Part shown: piece by piece, positions 1-13,172 of the stretch
How positions within the stretch are numbered: position 1 is the first letter of the stretch
How the letters are laid out: each line of letters starts with the position of its first letter
Source: Eledone cirrhosa
Lineage: Eukaryota
Assembly (NCBI GenBank): GCA_964016885.1
Contig: OZ024740.1
Coordinates: 11,594,001 to 11,658,000 of the forward strand
DNA: 64,000 bases
Direction of reading: 5' to 3'
Position numbers and translations under genes: made by a program
Notes under the pieces: model-generated
The model's input: the letters and a program-made list of their open reading frames with translations, nothing else
The model's database searches: none
What the model was told of the DNA's origin: nothing

Positions 1-380
1 CATTTTGATATCCACTTTCCATGCTGGCATCAGTTGGCAGAACCGTTACAGTCTGAGTTCTTATTCAGGGACATTGTTCGGGTCGAGGAACCAAGTCGAA
101 TTCGTACATTTCAGATTTTGAAACTGTTATATTTTAAAACTGTTTTTTATATGATTAAATTCTCTCTTTAAAATTATGGATTGGTAGATTGTCTGTAATA
201 TGTAGTTATGAGTTCTGCAGTCTTTTGAAAGCCCTGATCAAAAGGAACATGCTGTGTGGTTAAAGATGTTTTGTATAGTTATTTGTAGTAATTGCTGTTT
301 CCTGGTGTTTCAGGAATAGCCATGAAATATAACTAAATTCTATCAACTTTAACATCCTTATTTATTTTTCTTTATTCTAG

Positions 381-607
381 GAAAACTATCCCAATCTGAT
401 TTAGATGACAGAGCCATGGATGCTCTTAAAGAATTTCCTGCTGAAGATGCTGTATCTGTGTTGAAGCAGTTTTGTGATAGCAGCCTGGAACATGTTGCAA
501 ACAAAAGTGCATTCTTATGTGGACAGATGAAGATGTTTCGACAGAGAACAAAAATACAGGGAATCCCAAATTCTGCTGCAAAGGGCCCTGATGAAACCAA
601 ATTAAAA
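381..607 (+). CDS. SYNCRIP: hnRNP R/Q (SYNCRIP/Syp) coding exon A, N-terminal helical (AcD/NURR) domain; gene start lies upstream of the window
   Basis: ttattctag acceptor, gtatgc donor. Translates GKLSQSDLDDRAMDALKEFPAEDAVSVLKQFCDSSLEHVANKSAFLCGQMK...KGPDETKLK, matching the hnRNP Q/R N-domain (LDERA..ALKEF, NKSAFLCG.MK, KGPDE). Confidence 0.93.
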
Positions 608-664
608 GTATGCTGCCAATTCTTTGATATTTACTACACATATATGCACGCACGCACGCACGCA

Positions 665-700
<36 letters not shown>

Positions 701-974
701 TGTTCCCACCATGTTTTCAGAGTTTTTTTTTTATTTCAACATTCTTTGGTTCCTTGGAGCAGGTATTTCGGCCACCATTCTCCTTTCAATGGGATTAAAG
801 TTTGATTAGATTTATAAAAGACATTTTCCCTGTGACTATACCGTTTTTCTAATATCCAGTTATAGTGTATCTAGGTCTATATTATCCAATATGGTTTCCA
901 TTTTTTGAGCCAACAGTGTAGTATGGAGATTTGGCTAATATGCCTAGCAGGTTGAATGACTATATAGAAATTGT

Positions 975-1200
975 GAATGCTTAGTAATTAGGGTGTTGGC
1001 TCATGGTCATAAGATTGTGGGTTTCATTCCTAGATCAGATGGTGTATTGTGTTCTTGAGCAAGACACTTCATTTCATATTGCTTTTTATGATAGGACCGG
1101 GGCCCCTTTTCATTAAAGCACTCAAAACTTCTTATAAGATGCAAGATCGTAGGAAACCAGCTAAACCTGATTATGTGTGAGCTGTAAATTTAACATTTCA
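975..1200 (+). mobile_element. Degenerate tRNA-derived SINE, family 2 (similar copies near 12468-12690, 14180-14280, 15540-15760)
   Basis: tRNA-like head (GCTTAGT.GTTAGGG...GTGGGTTCGATTCC) followed by a shared TTGTGTTCTTGAGCAAGACACTTCATTTCA core in several copies. Confidence 0.65.
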
Positions 1201-1276
1201 GATTTTTGATTATAGAGATTCCTTCAGTTGTTTTCAATGACTATAGTGAGTAATGGAGTGGGTCTTCTATTGAACA

Positions 1277-4200
1277 AGGTTTAACAGCACGAGATCTAAC
1301 CTCAACATAAGGTCTAACAGCACGAGATCTAACCTTAACATAAAGTCTAACAGCACGAGATCTAACCTTAACATAAGGTCTAACAGCATGAGATCTAACC
1401 TCAACATAAAGTTTAACAGCATGAGATCTAACCTCAACATAAGGTTTAACAGCATGAGATCTAACCTCAACATAAGGTCTAACAGCATGAGATCTAACCT
1501 CAACATAAGGTCTAACAGCATGAGATCTAACCTCAACATAAGGTCTAACAGCATGAGATCTAACCTCAACATAAGGTCTAACAGCACGAGATCTAACCTC
1601 AACATAAAGTCTAACAGCACGAGATCTAACCTTAACATAAGGTCTAACAGCATGAGATCTAACCTCAACATAAGGTCTAACAGCATGAAATCTAACCTTA
1701 ACATAAGGTCTAACAGCATGAGATCTAACCTCAACATAAGGTCTAACAGCATGAGATCTAACCTCAACATAAGGTCTAACAGCATGAGATCTAACCTCAA
1801 CATAAGGTCTAACAGCATGAGATCTAACCTCAACATAAGGTATAACAGCATGAGATCTAACCTCAACATAAGGTCTAACAGCATGAGATCTAACCTCAAC
1901 ATAAGGTCTAACAGCATGAGATCTAACCTCAACATAAGGTCTAACAGCATGAGATCTAACAGCATGAGATCTAACCTCAACATAAGGTCTAACAGCATGA
2001 GATCTAACCTCAACATAAAGTCTAACAGCATGAGATCTAACCTCAACATAAGGTCTAACAGCATGAGATCTAACCTCAACATAAAGTCTAACAGCACGAG
2101 ATCTAACCTTAACATAAGGTCTAACAGCATGAGATCTAACCTTAACATAAGGTCTAACAGCATGAGATCTAACCTCAACATAAGGTCTAACAGCATGAGA
2201 TCTAACCTCAACATAAAGTCTAACAGCACGAGATCTAACCTCAACATAAAGTCTAACAGCATGAGATCTAACCTCAACATAAGGTCTAACAGCATGAGAT
2301 CTAACCTCAACATAAGGTCTAACAGCATGAGATCTAACCTCAACATAAGGTCTAACAGCATGAGATCTAACCTCAACATAAGGTCTAACAGCATGAGATC
2401 TAACCTCAACATAAGGTCTAACAGCATGAGATCTAACCTCAACATAAAGTCTAACAGCATGAGATCTAACCTCAACATAAGGTCTAACAGCATGAGATCT
2501 AACCTCAACATAAGGTCTAACAGCATGAGATCTAACCTCAACATAAGGTCTAACAGCATGAGATCTAACCTCAACATAAAGTCTAACAGCATGAGATCTA
2601 ACCTCAACATAAGGTCTAACAGCATGAGATCTAACCTCAACATAAGGTCTAACAGCATGAGATCTAACTTCAACATAAGGTCTAACAGCAAGAGATCTAA
2701 CCTCAACATAAGGTCTAACAGCACGACATCTAACATCAACATAAGGTCTAACAGCACGAGATCTAACCTTAACATAAGGTCTAACAGCACGAGATCTAAC
2801 CTCAACATAAGGTCTAACAGCACGAGATCTAACCTCAACATAAGGTCTAACAGCATGAGATCTAACCTCAACATAAGGTCTAACAGCATGAGATCTAACC
2901 TCAACATAAGGTCTAACAGCATGAGATCTAACCTCAACATAAGGTCTAACAGCATGAGATCTAACCTCAACATAAAGTCTAACAGCATGAGATCTAACCT
3001 CAACATAAGGTCTAACAGCATGAGATCTAACCTCAACATAAGGTCTAACAGCATGAGATCTAACCTCAACATAAGGTCTAACAGCATGAGATCTAACCTC
3101 AACATAAGGTCTAACAGCACGAGATCTAACCTCAACATAAGGTCTAACAGCACGACATCTAACATCAACATAAGGTCTAACAGCACGAGATCTAACCTTA
3201 ACATAAGGTCTAACAGCACGAGATCTAACCTCAACATAAGGTCTAACAGCATGAGATCTAACCTCAACATAAGGTCTAACAGCATGAGATCTAACCTCAA
3301 CATAAGGTCTAACAGCATGAGATCTAACCTCAACATAAGGTCTAACAGCATGAGATCTAACCTCAACATAAGGTCTAACCTCAACGTAAGGTCTAACAGC
3401 ACGAGATCTAACCTCAACATAAGGTCTAACAGCACGAGATCTAACCTTAACATAAGGTCTAACAGCATGAGATCTAACCTCAACATAAGGTCTAACAGCA
3501 TGAGATCTAACCTCAACATAAGGTCTAACAGCATGAGATCTAACCTCAACATAAGGTCTAACAGCATGAGATCTAACCTCAACATAAGGTCTAACAGCAC
3601 GAGATCTAACCTCAACATAAGGTCTAACAGCACGACATCTAACATCAACATAAGGTCTAACAGCACGAGATCTAACCTTAACATAAGGTCTAACAGCACG
3701 AGATCTAACCTCAACATAAGGTCTAACAGCATGAGATCTAACCTCAACATAAGGTCTAACAGCATGAGATCTAACCTCAACATAAGGTCTAACAGCATGA
3801 GATCTAACCTCAACATAAGGTCTAACAGCATGAGATCTAACCTCAACATAAGGTCTAACCTCAACGTAAGGTCTAACAGCACGAGATCTAACCTCAACAT
3901 AAGGTCTAACAGCACGAGATCTAACCTTAACATAAGGTCTAACAGAATGAGATCTAACCTCAACATAAGGTCTAACAGCATGAGATCTAACCTCAACATA
4001 AGGTCTAACAGCATGAGATCTAACCTCAACATAAGGTCTAACAGCATGAGATCTAACCTCAACATAAGGTCTAACCTCAACGTAAGGTCTAACAGCATGA
4101 GATCTAACCTCAACATAAGGTCTAACAGCACGAGATCTAACCTCAACATAAGGTCTAACAGCACGAGATTTAACCTCAACATAAGGTCTAACAGCACGAG

Positions 4201-5430
4201 ATCTAACCTTAACATAAGGTCTAACAGCATGAGATCTAACCTCAACATAAGGTCTAACAGCATGAGATCTAACCTCAACATAAGGTCTAACAGCATGAGA
4301 TCTAACCTCAACATAAGGTCTAACAGCATGAGATCTAACCTCAACATAAGGTCTAACAGCATGAGATCTAACCTCAACATAAGGTCTAACAGCATGAGAT
4401 CTAACCTCAACATAAGGTCTAACAGCATGAGATCTAACCTCAACATAAGGTCTAACAGCACGAGATCTAACCTCAACATAAGGTCTAACAGCACGAGATC
4501 TAACCTTAACATAAGGTCTAACAGCATGAGATCTAACCTCAACATAAGGTCTAACAGCATGAGATCTAACCTCAACATAAGGTCTAACAGCATGAGATCT
4601 AACCTCAACATAAGATCTAACAGCACGAGATCTAACCTTAACATAAGGTCTAACAGCATGAGATCTAACCTCAACATAAGGTCTAACAGCATGAGATCTA
4701 ACCTCAACATAAGGTCTAACAGCATGAGATCTAACCTCAACATAAGGTCTAACAGCATGAGATCTAACCTCAACATAAGGTCTAACAGCATGAGATCTAA
4801 CCTCAACATAAGGTCTAACAGCATGAGATCTAACCTCAACATAAGGTCTAACAGCATGAGATCTAACCTCAACATAAGGTCTAACAGCATGAGATCTAAC
4901 CTCAACATAAGGTCTAACAGCATGAGATCTAACCTAAACATAAGGTCTAACAGCATGAGATCTAACCTCAACATAAGGTCTAACAGCATGAGATCTAACC
5001 TCAACATAAGGTCTAACAGCACGACATCTAACATCAACATAAGGTCTAACAGCATGAGATCTAACCTCAACATAAGATCTAACAGCATGAGATCTAACCT
5101 CAACATAAGGTCTAACAGCATGAGATCTAACCTCAACATAAGGTCTAACAGCACGACATCTAACATCAACATAAGGTCTAACAGCATGAGATCTAACCTC
5201 AACATAAGGTCTAACAGCATGAGATCTAACCTCAACATAAGGTCTAACAGCATGAGATCTAACCTCAACATAAGGTCTAACAGCATGAGATCTAACCTCA
5301 ACATAAGGTCTAACAGCATGAGATCTAACCTCAACATAAGGTCTAACAGCATGAGATCTAACCTCAACATAAGGTCTAACAGCATGAGATCTAACCTCAA
5401 CATAAGGTCTAACAGCATGAGATCTAACCT
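1277..5430. repeat. Intronic tandem array, 33-bp unit AGATCTAACCTCAACATAAGGTCTAACAGCATG, ~125 copies
   Basis: Directly visible; the 11-aa periodicity of the spurious ORFs confirms a 33-bp period. Confidence 0.98.
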
Positions 5431-6269
5431 AAGTATATCTTCCATGTTTTACTTAGTCTCCCTCTATCATATTTTAGTTCCAGCTCTCTGTTCTATGAGT
5501 GGCTGCGGTCAACTTTGCCTTTGGGGGTTGATAAAATAAAGTAGCAGTCCAACAGATAGATTGGCAGAATTGATAGAGCATTAGACGTGGTGTGGTGCCT
5601 TCTGATATTTATGCCTACTTAGGTCATATCACCCAGTTTAGCACTGCTCCCTTGCAAAGCATCAGTTGTGGTATTTGTGCCTAATTAGGTCATGAACTTC
5701 AGTTTAGCACTGCTTCCTGTCTGTTTGAGCATCAGGTGAGATGCCTTGTGGTATTTGGTGCCTATTTAGGTAGACTTAATCCATTACCCAGTTTAGTACT
5801 GCCCCCGGGCATTCAGACCAGGTCCCTGGTTTGAGGATATTGTCCTTTCGCCAATCTCAGGGACCCTGAAAAGGGCCATAAACATTGCTTTTCCCCAGTA
5901 GAAAAAAAGAGTTGGTTATATTGAATCAACAGAGGATCTTCTGTGTGGTTGTTTAAGCTTTTAAACATAGCAATCAAATCCCCTTCAAATTACATGCTGC
6001 CATCTTATGACAAGAAGATCACTTTGTGTAATGTAGTCCTGCTTGCTCAGTGTCTGGGAAGAAGGTGGGATGTTCATGTCTGGAATATCTTAGATCATAG
6101 GTCTATTGAGGCTGAGTTTCTAGCCTCAGCTCTAAAAATACATAGGATTATGTAGACCAGGAGACAATATTCCTGAATGAAAGATTGGATAGTCATGGCA
6201 TGAATGACTTTGATCACTAAATGCTTAATATCTCTGAGATAGGGTAATTAACAATAACAACCACAACCA

Positions 6270-7553
6270 TAATTAGGTGTAATTATTGGGTTAGATGTTA
6301 TATCTCTCATAACTAGGTTAGATGTAATTACTGTTGTAACTGGGTTAGATGTAATATCTCGTGTAACTGGGTTAGATGTAATATCTCTTGTAACTAGGTT
6401 AGATGTAATTACTGTTGTAACTGGGTTAGATGTAATATCTCTTGTAACTGTGTTAGGTGTAATATCTCTTGTAACTGGGTTAGGTGTAATATCTCTTGTA
6501 ACTGGGTTAGGTGTAATATCTCTTGTAACTGGGTTAGGTGTAATATCTCTTGTAACTGTGTTAGGTGTAATATCTCTTGTAACTGGGTTAGGTGTAATAT
6601 CTCGTGTAACTGGGTTAGGTGTAATATCTCGTGTAACTGGGTTAGGTGCAATATCTCTTGTAACTGGGTTATGTGTAATATCTCTTGTAACTGGGTTAGG
6701 TGTAATATCTTGTGTAACTGGGTTAGATGTAATATCTCTTGTAACTGGGTTAGGTGTAATATCTCTTGTAACTGTGTTAGGTGTAATATCTCTTGTAACT
6801 GGGTTAGGTGTAATATCTCTTGTAACTGGGTTAGGTGTAATATCTCTTGTAACTGGGTTAGGTGTAATATCTCTTGTAACTGGGTTAGGTGTAATATCTC
6901 TTGTAACTGGGTGAGGTGTAATATCTCTTGTAACTGGGTTAGGTGTAATATCTCTTGTAACTGGGTGAGGTGTAATATCTCGTCGAACTAGGTTATGTTT
7001 AATATCTCTTGTAACTGGGTGAGGTGTAATATCTCGTGTAACTGGGTTATGTGTAATATCTCTTGTAACTGGGTTAGGTGTAATATCTCTTGTAACTGGG
7101 TTATGTGTAATATCTCTTGTAACTGGGTTAGGTGTAATATCTCTTGTAACTGGGTTAGATGTAATATCTCTTGTAACTGGGTTAGGTGTAATATCTCTTG
7201 TAACTGGGTTAGGTGTAATATCTCGTGTAACTGGGTTAGGTGTAATATCTCATGTAACTGGGTTAGATGTAATATCTCTTGTAACTGGGTTAGGTGAAAT
7301 ATCTCTTGTAACTGGGTTAGGTGTAATATCTCTTGTAACTGGGTTAGGTGTAATATCTCGTGTAACTGGGTTAGATGTAATATCTCTTGTAACTGGGTGA
7401 GGTGTAATATCTCTTGTAACTCGGTGAGATGTAATATCTCCTGTAACTGGGTTAGGTGTAATATCTCTTGTAACTGGGTTAGGTGTAATATCTCTTGTAA
7501 CTGGGTTAGGTGTAATATCTCTTGTAACTAGGTTAGGTGTAATTACTCATGTA
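6270..7553. repeat. Intronic tandem array, 27-bp unit GTAACTGGGTTAGGTGTAATATCTCTT, ~45 copies
   Basis: Directly visible; 9-aa periodic ORFs; degenerate edges. Confidence 0.97.
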
Positions 7554-7924
7554 ATTTGTCAAGTTAACTAAACTCGTGTTCCTATTAAACATTGAGGAAT
7601 GTGGACTTTAGAACTATTCTGTCGTGGTTCTGTGAAAATTTGTTTAAACCTAAATGTCTGGCTGCCCTGTGGTCCCGGCAGACAGAATAGAGAAGGCATT
7701 TCCACGGATATTGTAGGGAGATGCATTGGAAGAGCAAAAAAGTTGAGTTGTTTAGTAAATATGCCATGTCATTCTGTAAAGTTAATTTGTTAGTCAATTA
7801 TATTATTCAAACTAATTTATAAAGTACTGCTATTAACTACTGTAAACATTTTTTAGTTTTTATATTTATAGTGAGCTATTATTAAGTGTTTTTCTTTATC
7901 TTTATATAAATTAGTTAGAAGTGA

Positions 7925-10900
7925 AGTGGTCTAGTGTGAATGTTTTGTTAAACTGACCAGTGTATTAGGGAGTGGTCTAGTGTGAATGTTTGGTTTCACT
8001 AACCAGTGTATTGGGGAGTGGTCTAGTGTGAATGTTTGGTTAAACTGACCAGTGTATTGGGGAGTGGTCTAGTGTGAATGTTTGGTTTAACTGACCAGTG
8101 TGTTAGGGAGTGGTCTAGTGTGAATGTTTGGTTAAACTGACCAGTGTATTGGGGAGTGGTCTAGTGTGAATGTTTGGTTAAACTGACCAGTATATTATGG
8201 AGTGGTCTAGTGTGAATGTTTGGTTAAACTGACCAGTGTATTGGGGAGTGGTCTAGTTTGAATGTTTGGTTTAACTGACCAGTGTATTGGGGAGTGGTCT
8301 AGTGTGAATGTTTGGTTAAATTGACCAGTGTATTGGGGAGTGGTCTAGTGTGAATGTTTGGTTTAACTGACCAGTGTGTTAGGGAGTGGTCTAGTGTGAA
8401 TGTTTGGTTAAACTGACCAGTGTATTGGGGAGTGGTCTAGTGTGAATGTTTGGTTAAACTGACCAGTGTATTGGGGAGTGGTCTAGTGTGAATGTTTGGT
8501 TAAACTGACCAGTGTATTGGGGAGTGGTCTAGTGTGAATGTTTGGTTTAACTGACCAGTGTATTGGGGAGTGGTCTAGTGTGAATGTTTGGTTTAACTGA
8601 CCAGTGTGTTAGGGAGTGGTCTAGTGTGAATGTTTGTTTAAACTGACCAGTATATTATGGAGTGGTCTAGTGTGAATGTTTGGTTAAACTGACCAGTGTA
8701 TTGGGGAGTGGTCTAGTGTGAATGTTTGGTTAAACTGACCAGTGTATTGGGGAGTGGTCTAGTGTGAATGTTTGGTTTAACTGACCAGTATATTATGGAG
8801 TGGTCTAGTGTGAATGTTTGGTTAAACTGACCAGTGTATTGGGGAGTGGTCTAGTGTGAATGTTTGGTTTAACTGACGAGTATATTATGGAGTGGTCTAG
8901 TGTGAATGTTTGGTTTGACTGACCAGTGTATTGGGGAGTGGTCTAGTGAATGTTTGGTTTAACTGACCAGTGTGTTAGGGAGTGGTCTAGTGTGAATGTT
9001 TGGTTTAACTGACCAGTGTATTGGGGAGTGGTCTAGTGTGAATGTTTGGTTTAACTGACCAGTGTATTGAGGAGTGGTCTAGTGTGAATGTTTGGTTTAA
9101 CTGACCAGTGTGTTAGGGAGTGGTCTAGTTTGAATGTTTGGTTAAACTGACCAGTGTATTGGGGAGTGGTCTAGTGTGAATGTTTGGTTAAACTGACCAG
9201 TGTATTGGGGAGTGGTCTAGTGTGAATGTTTGGTTTAACTCACCAGTGTATTGGGGAGTGGTCTAGTGTGAATGTTTGGTTAAACTGACCAGTGTATTGG
9301 GGAGTGGTCTAGTGTGAATGTTTGGTTAAACTGACCAGTATATTATGGAGTGGTCTAGTGTGAATGTTTGGTTAAACTGACCAGTGTATTGGGGAGTGGT
9401 CTAGTGTGAATGTTTGGTTAAACTGACCAGTGTGTTGGGGAGTGGTCTAGTGTGAATGTTTGGTTTAACTGACCAGTGTGTTAGGGAGTGGTCTAGTGTG
9501 AATGTTTGGTTAAACTGACCAGTATATTATGGAGTGGTCTAGTGTGAATGTTTGGTTAAACTGACCAGTGTATTGGGGAGTGGTCTAGTGTGAATGTTTG
9601 GTTAAACTGACCAGTGTATTGGGGAGTGGTCTAGTGTGAATGTTTGGTTTAACTGACCAGTGTATTGGGGAGTGGTCTAGTGTGAATGTTTGGTTTAACT
9701 GACCAGTGTATTGGGGAGTGGTCTAGTGTGAATGTTTGGTTAAACTGACCAGTATATTATGGAGTGGTCTAGTGTGAATGTTTGGTTAAACTGACCAGTG
9801 TATTGGGGAGTGGTCTAATGTGAATGTTTGGTTAAACTGACCAGTGTATTGGGGAATGGTCTAGTGTGAATGTTTGGTTAAACTGACCAGTGTATTGGGG
9901 AGTGGTCTAGTGTGAATGTTTGGTTTAACTGACCAGTGTATTGGGGAGTGGTCTAGTGTGAATGTTTGGTTTAGCTGACCAGTGTGTTAGGGAGTGGTCT
10001 AGTGTGAATGTTTGGTTAAACTGACCAGTATATTATGGAGTGGTCTAGTGTGAATGTTTGGTTAAACTGACCAGTGTATTGGAGAGTGGTCTAGTGTGAA
10101 TGTTTGGTTAAACTGACCAGTGTATTGAGGAGTGGTCTAGTGTGAATGTTTGGTTAAACTGACCAGTGTATTGGGGAGTGGTCTAGTGTGAATGCTTGGT
10201 TTAACTGACCAGTGTGTTAGGGAGTGGTCTAGTGTGAATGTTTGGTTTAACTGACCAGTGTGTTAGGGAGTGGTCTAGTGTGAATGTTTGGTTAAACTGA
10301 CCAGTGTATTGGGGAGTGGTCTAGTGTGAATGTTTGGTTTAACTGACCAGTATATTATGGAGTGGTCTAGTGTGAATGTTTGGTTTAACTGACCAGTATA
10401 TTATGGAGTGGTCTAGTGTGAATGTTTGGTTTAACTGACCAGTATATTATGGAGTGGTCTAGTGTGAATGTTTGGTTTAACTGACCAGTATATTATGGAG
10501 TGGTCTAGTGTGAATGTTTGGTTTAACTGACCAGTATATTATGGAGTGGTCTAGTGTGAATGTTTGGTTTAACTGACCAGTATATTATGGAGTGGTCTAG
10601 TGTGAATGTTTGGTTTAACTGACCAGTATATTATGGAGTGGTCTAGTGTGAATGTTTGGTTTAACTGACCAGTATATTATGGAGTGGTCTAGTGTGAATG
10701 TTTGGTTTAACTGACCAGTATATTATGGAGTGGTCTAGTGTGAATGTTTGGTTTAACTGACCAGTGTATTGGGGAGTGGTCTAGTGAATGTTTGGTTTAA
10801 CTGACCAGTGTGTTAGGGAGTGGTCTAGTGTGAATGTTTGGTTAAACTGACCAGTGTATTGGGGAGTGGTCTAGTGTGAATGTTTGGTTAAACTGACCAG

Positions 10901-11850
10901 TGTGTTATGGAGTGGTCTAGTGTGAATGTTTGGTTTAACTGACCAGTGTATTGGGGAGTGGTCTAGTGTGAATGTTTGGTTAAACTGACCAGTGTATTGG
11001 GGAGTGGTCTAGTGTGAATGTTTGGTTTAACTGACCAGTGTATTGGGGAGTGGTCTAGTGTGAATGTTTGGTTAAACTGACCAGTGTATTGGGGAGTGGT
11101 CTAGTGTGAATGTTTGGTTAAACTGACCAGTGTATTGGGGAGTGGTCTAGTGTGAATGTTTGGTTTAACTGACCAGTGTATTGGGAAGTGGTCTAGTGTG
11201 AATGTTTGGTTAAACTGACCAGTGTATTGGGGAGTGGTCTAGTGTGAATGTTTGGTTAAACTGACCAGTATATTATGGAGTGGTCTAGTGTGAATGTTTG
11301 GTTTAACTGACCAGTGTATTGGGGAGTGGTCTAGTGTGAATGTTTGGTTTAACTGACCAGTGTATTGGGGAGTGGTCTAGTGTGAATGTTTGGTTAAACT
11401 GACCAGTGTGTTATGGAGTGGTCTAGTGTGAATGTTTGGTTTAACTGACCAGTGTATTGGGGAGTGGTCTAGTGTGAATGTTTGGTTTAACTGACCAGTG
11501 TATTGGGGAGTGGTCTAGTGAATGTTTGGTTTAACTGACCAGTGTATTGGGGAGTGGTCTAGTGTGAATGTTTGGTTTAACTGACCAGTGTATTGGGGAG
11601 TGGTCTAGTGTGAATGTTTGGTTTAACTGACCAGTGTATTGGGGAGTGGTCTAGTGTGAATGTTTGGTTTAACTGACCAGTGTATTGGGGAGTGGTCTAG
11701 TGTGAATGTTTGGTTTAACTGACCAGTGTATTATGGAGTGGTCTAGTGTGAATGTTTGGTTAAACTGACCAGTGTATTGGGGAGTGGTCTAGTGTGAATG
11801 TTTGGTTAAACTGACCAGTGTGTTATGGAGTGGTCTAGTGTGAATGTTTG
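7925..11850. repeat. Intronic tandem array, 46-bp unit GAGTGGTCTAGTGTGAATGTTTGGTTWAACTGACCAGTGTATTGGG, ~85 copies
   Basis: Directly visible; TGTGAATG recurs at 7981, 8027 and onward. Confidence 0.98.
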
Positions 11851-12869
11851 TAACAGTGTGGGCTCTGCTAACATCTCACAAGGATAAGTTTGTACATGTT
11901 CTCTGTCTTAGCCATAAACCCCGGCACTGTGGCCTACAATGCAGCGGACAGGGAGACAAGCTAATACCGGGACTTGTCTGGCTGCTTCCTCTTTGCACCA
12001 ATCGCTGTCGAGACTTCAGGCATCCTCGGAATGTTAGCAGCCTGCCTGAGGAAGGGGTGGCTGTTGTAGTGGGTGTCACTGGCCATTGTCCGTGGGGCTC
12101 AGCCGAAACACTGAACTGCCCTAGTCATAGAGTCCATCACCTTTCCTCTTCCTGCTCCCTTTCTTCCGTGGCCCAACAGTCTTTGCTTTTCCCTTCTTTT
12201 CCTTTCATTTATGGCATTTATAGACCTTTCCTCTAATATCCTATATAGCCAGGTCTGTGGTGACACAATATCCCACACTCTACCAAGCCTGTCAACCCAA
12301 CATCCTGTAGTGTTGGTGGTATTAATTTGGCCAAACAGTTTTCACTGTACTAATTATTATGTTAGAATAATTAATAAGTTGTCATTAATATAATCGTTAT
12401 GTGTTGGCGTGACTGTCTACAATTGTCGCTAGTCACTGTGGGGGAGATGGCAGTTATAGCTAGAACATGCTGGCTTAGTGGTTAGGGTATTGGACTTAGA
12501 ATTATAAAGCCGTGGGTTCGATTCCTAGATTCAGTGGCACATTGTGTTCTTGAACAAAATGCTACATTTGACGTTGTTTTTCATAAGACTGGGGACCCTA
12601 TCAATAGAATACCTGGAAATCTATGAGGTGTAACCTTGTAGATCAGCTGAAATACATAGGTGAGAGTTATAAATTTCATTGTGTGTGTGTGTGTGTGTGT
12701 GTATAGACAAACACACATACTCACAATTTTGTCATCCTTCTTTGTTTTTCTTTCCATCTTTTACAAGTACATCCTACAACAAACTGTTGTATCGATCGCA
12801 AATACAATAGTCCGAAATAGGGTTCTTCTTTGGAGTAACATTGCTAGAATGACTACGTAGCTCAGACAT

Positions 12870-13172
12870 ATGAGATTCGCTCCAGGTAGTGCCACTACTT
12901 CTCTGAATTAAGAGATCACAGTTCCAATCTTATGAACATGCGGTTAGAATGTCTCAGGAAAGAATCGCCGGACAGATTTTACAGGCAAAACCAACTAGCA
13001 GGAGACCCAGGGGTAGACCCTGAGCAAGATGGTTGGATAACCATGAGCTTGGCTGGTCTCACTTGGGGATCCAGCTGGATCAATTGGAGATGGTTGCTTC
13101 TGACAGGACCAGCTGGAAAATATGCTTAAGGACCCCCCCACAACCCTCTCAGGAATATGTGGGTGAAGAAGA
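12870..13172 (+). mobile_element. Dispersed LINE-like 3' fragment (copies at ~14010-14172 on +, ~33630-33930 on -)
   Basis: Shared GGGGATCCAGC.GGA.CA.TT.GAGATGGTT.CTTCTGACAGGACC...GGGTGAAGAAGA in three places. Confidence 0.6.

Noticed and set aside
1267-5539. 1392-aa and 1383-aa ORFs on opposite strands
   Set aside because: Translations of a 33-bp (multiple of 3) satellite inside an intron, with no unique domain or gene context.
6409-7297. Cys-rich or hydrophobic repeat ORFs (CNISCNWVR, LGVISLVTG)
   Set aside because: Frame artefacts of the 27-bp array.
6270-7553. Interstitial telomere or G-quadruplex (GGGTTAGG)
   Set aside because: Only one partial telomere-like motif and one GGG run per 27 bp; not (TTAGGG)n.
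1277-11850. CRISPR-like appearance of the regular repeats
   Set aside because: Units are contiguous with no unique spacers, there are no cas genes, and the context is a eukaryotic intron.
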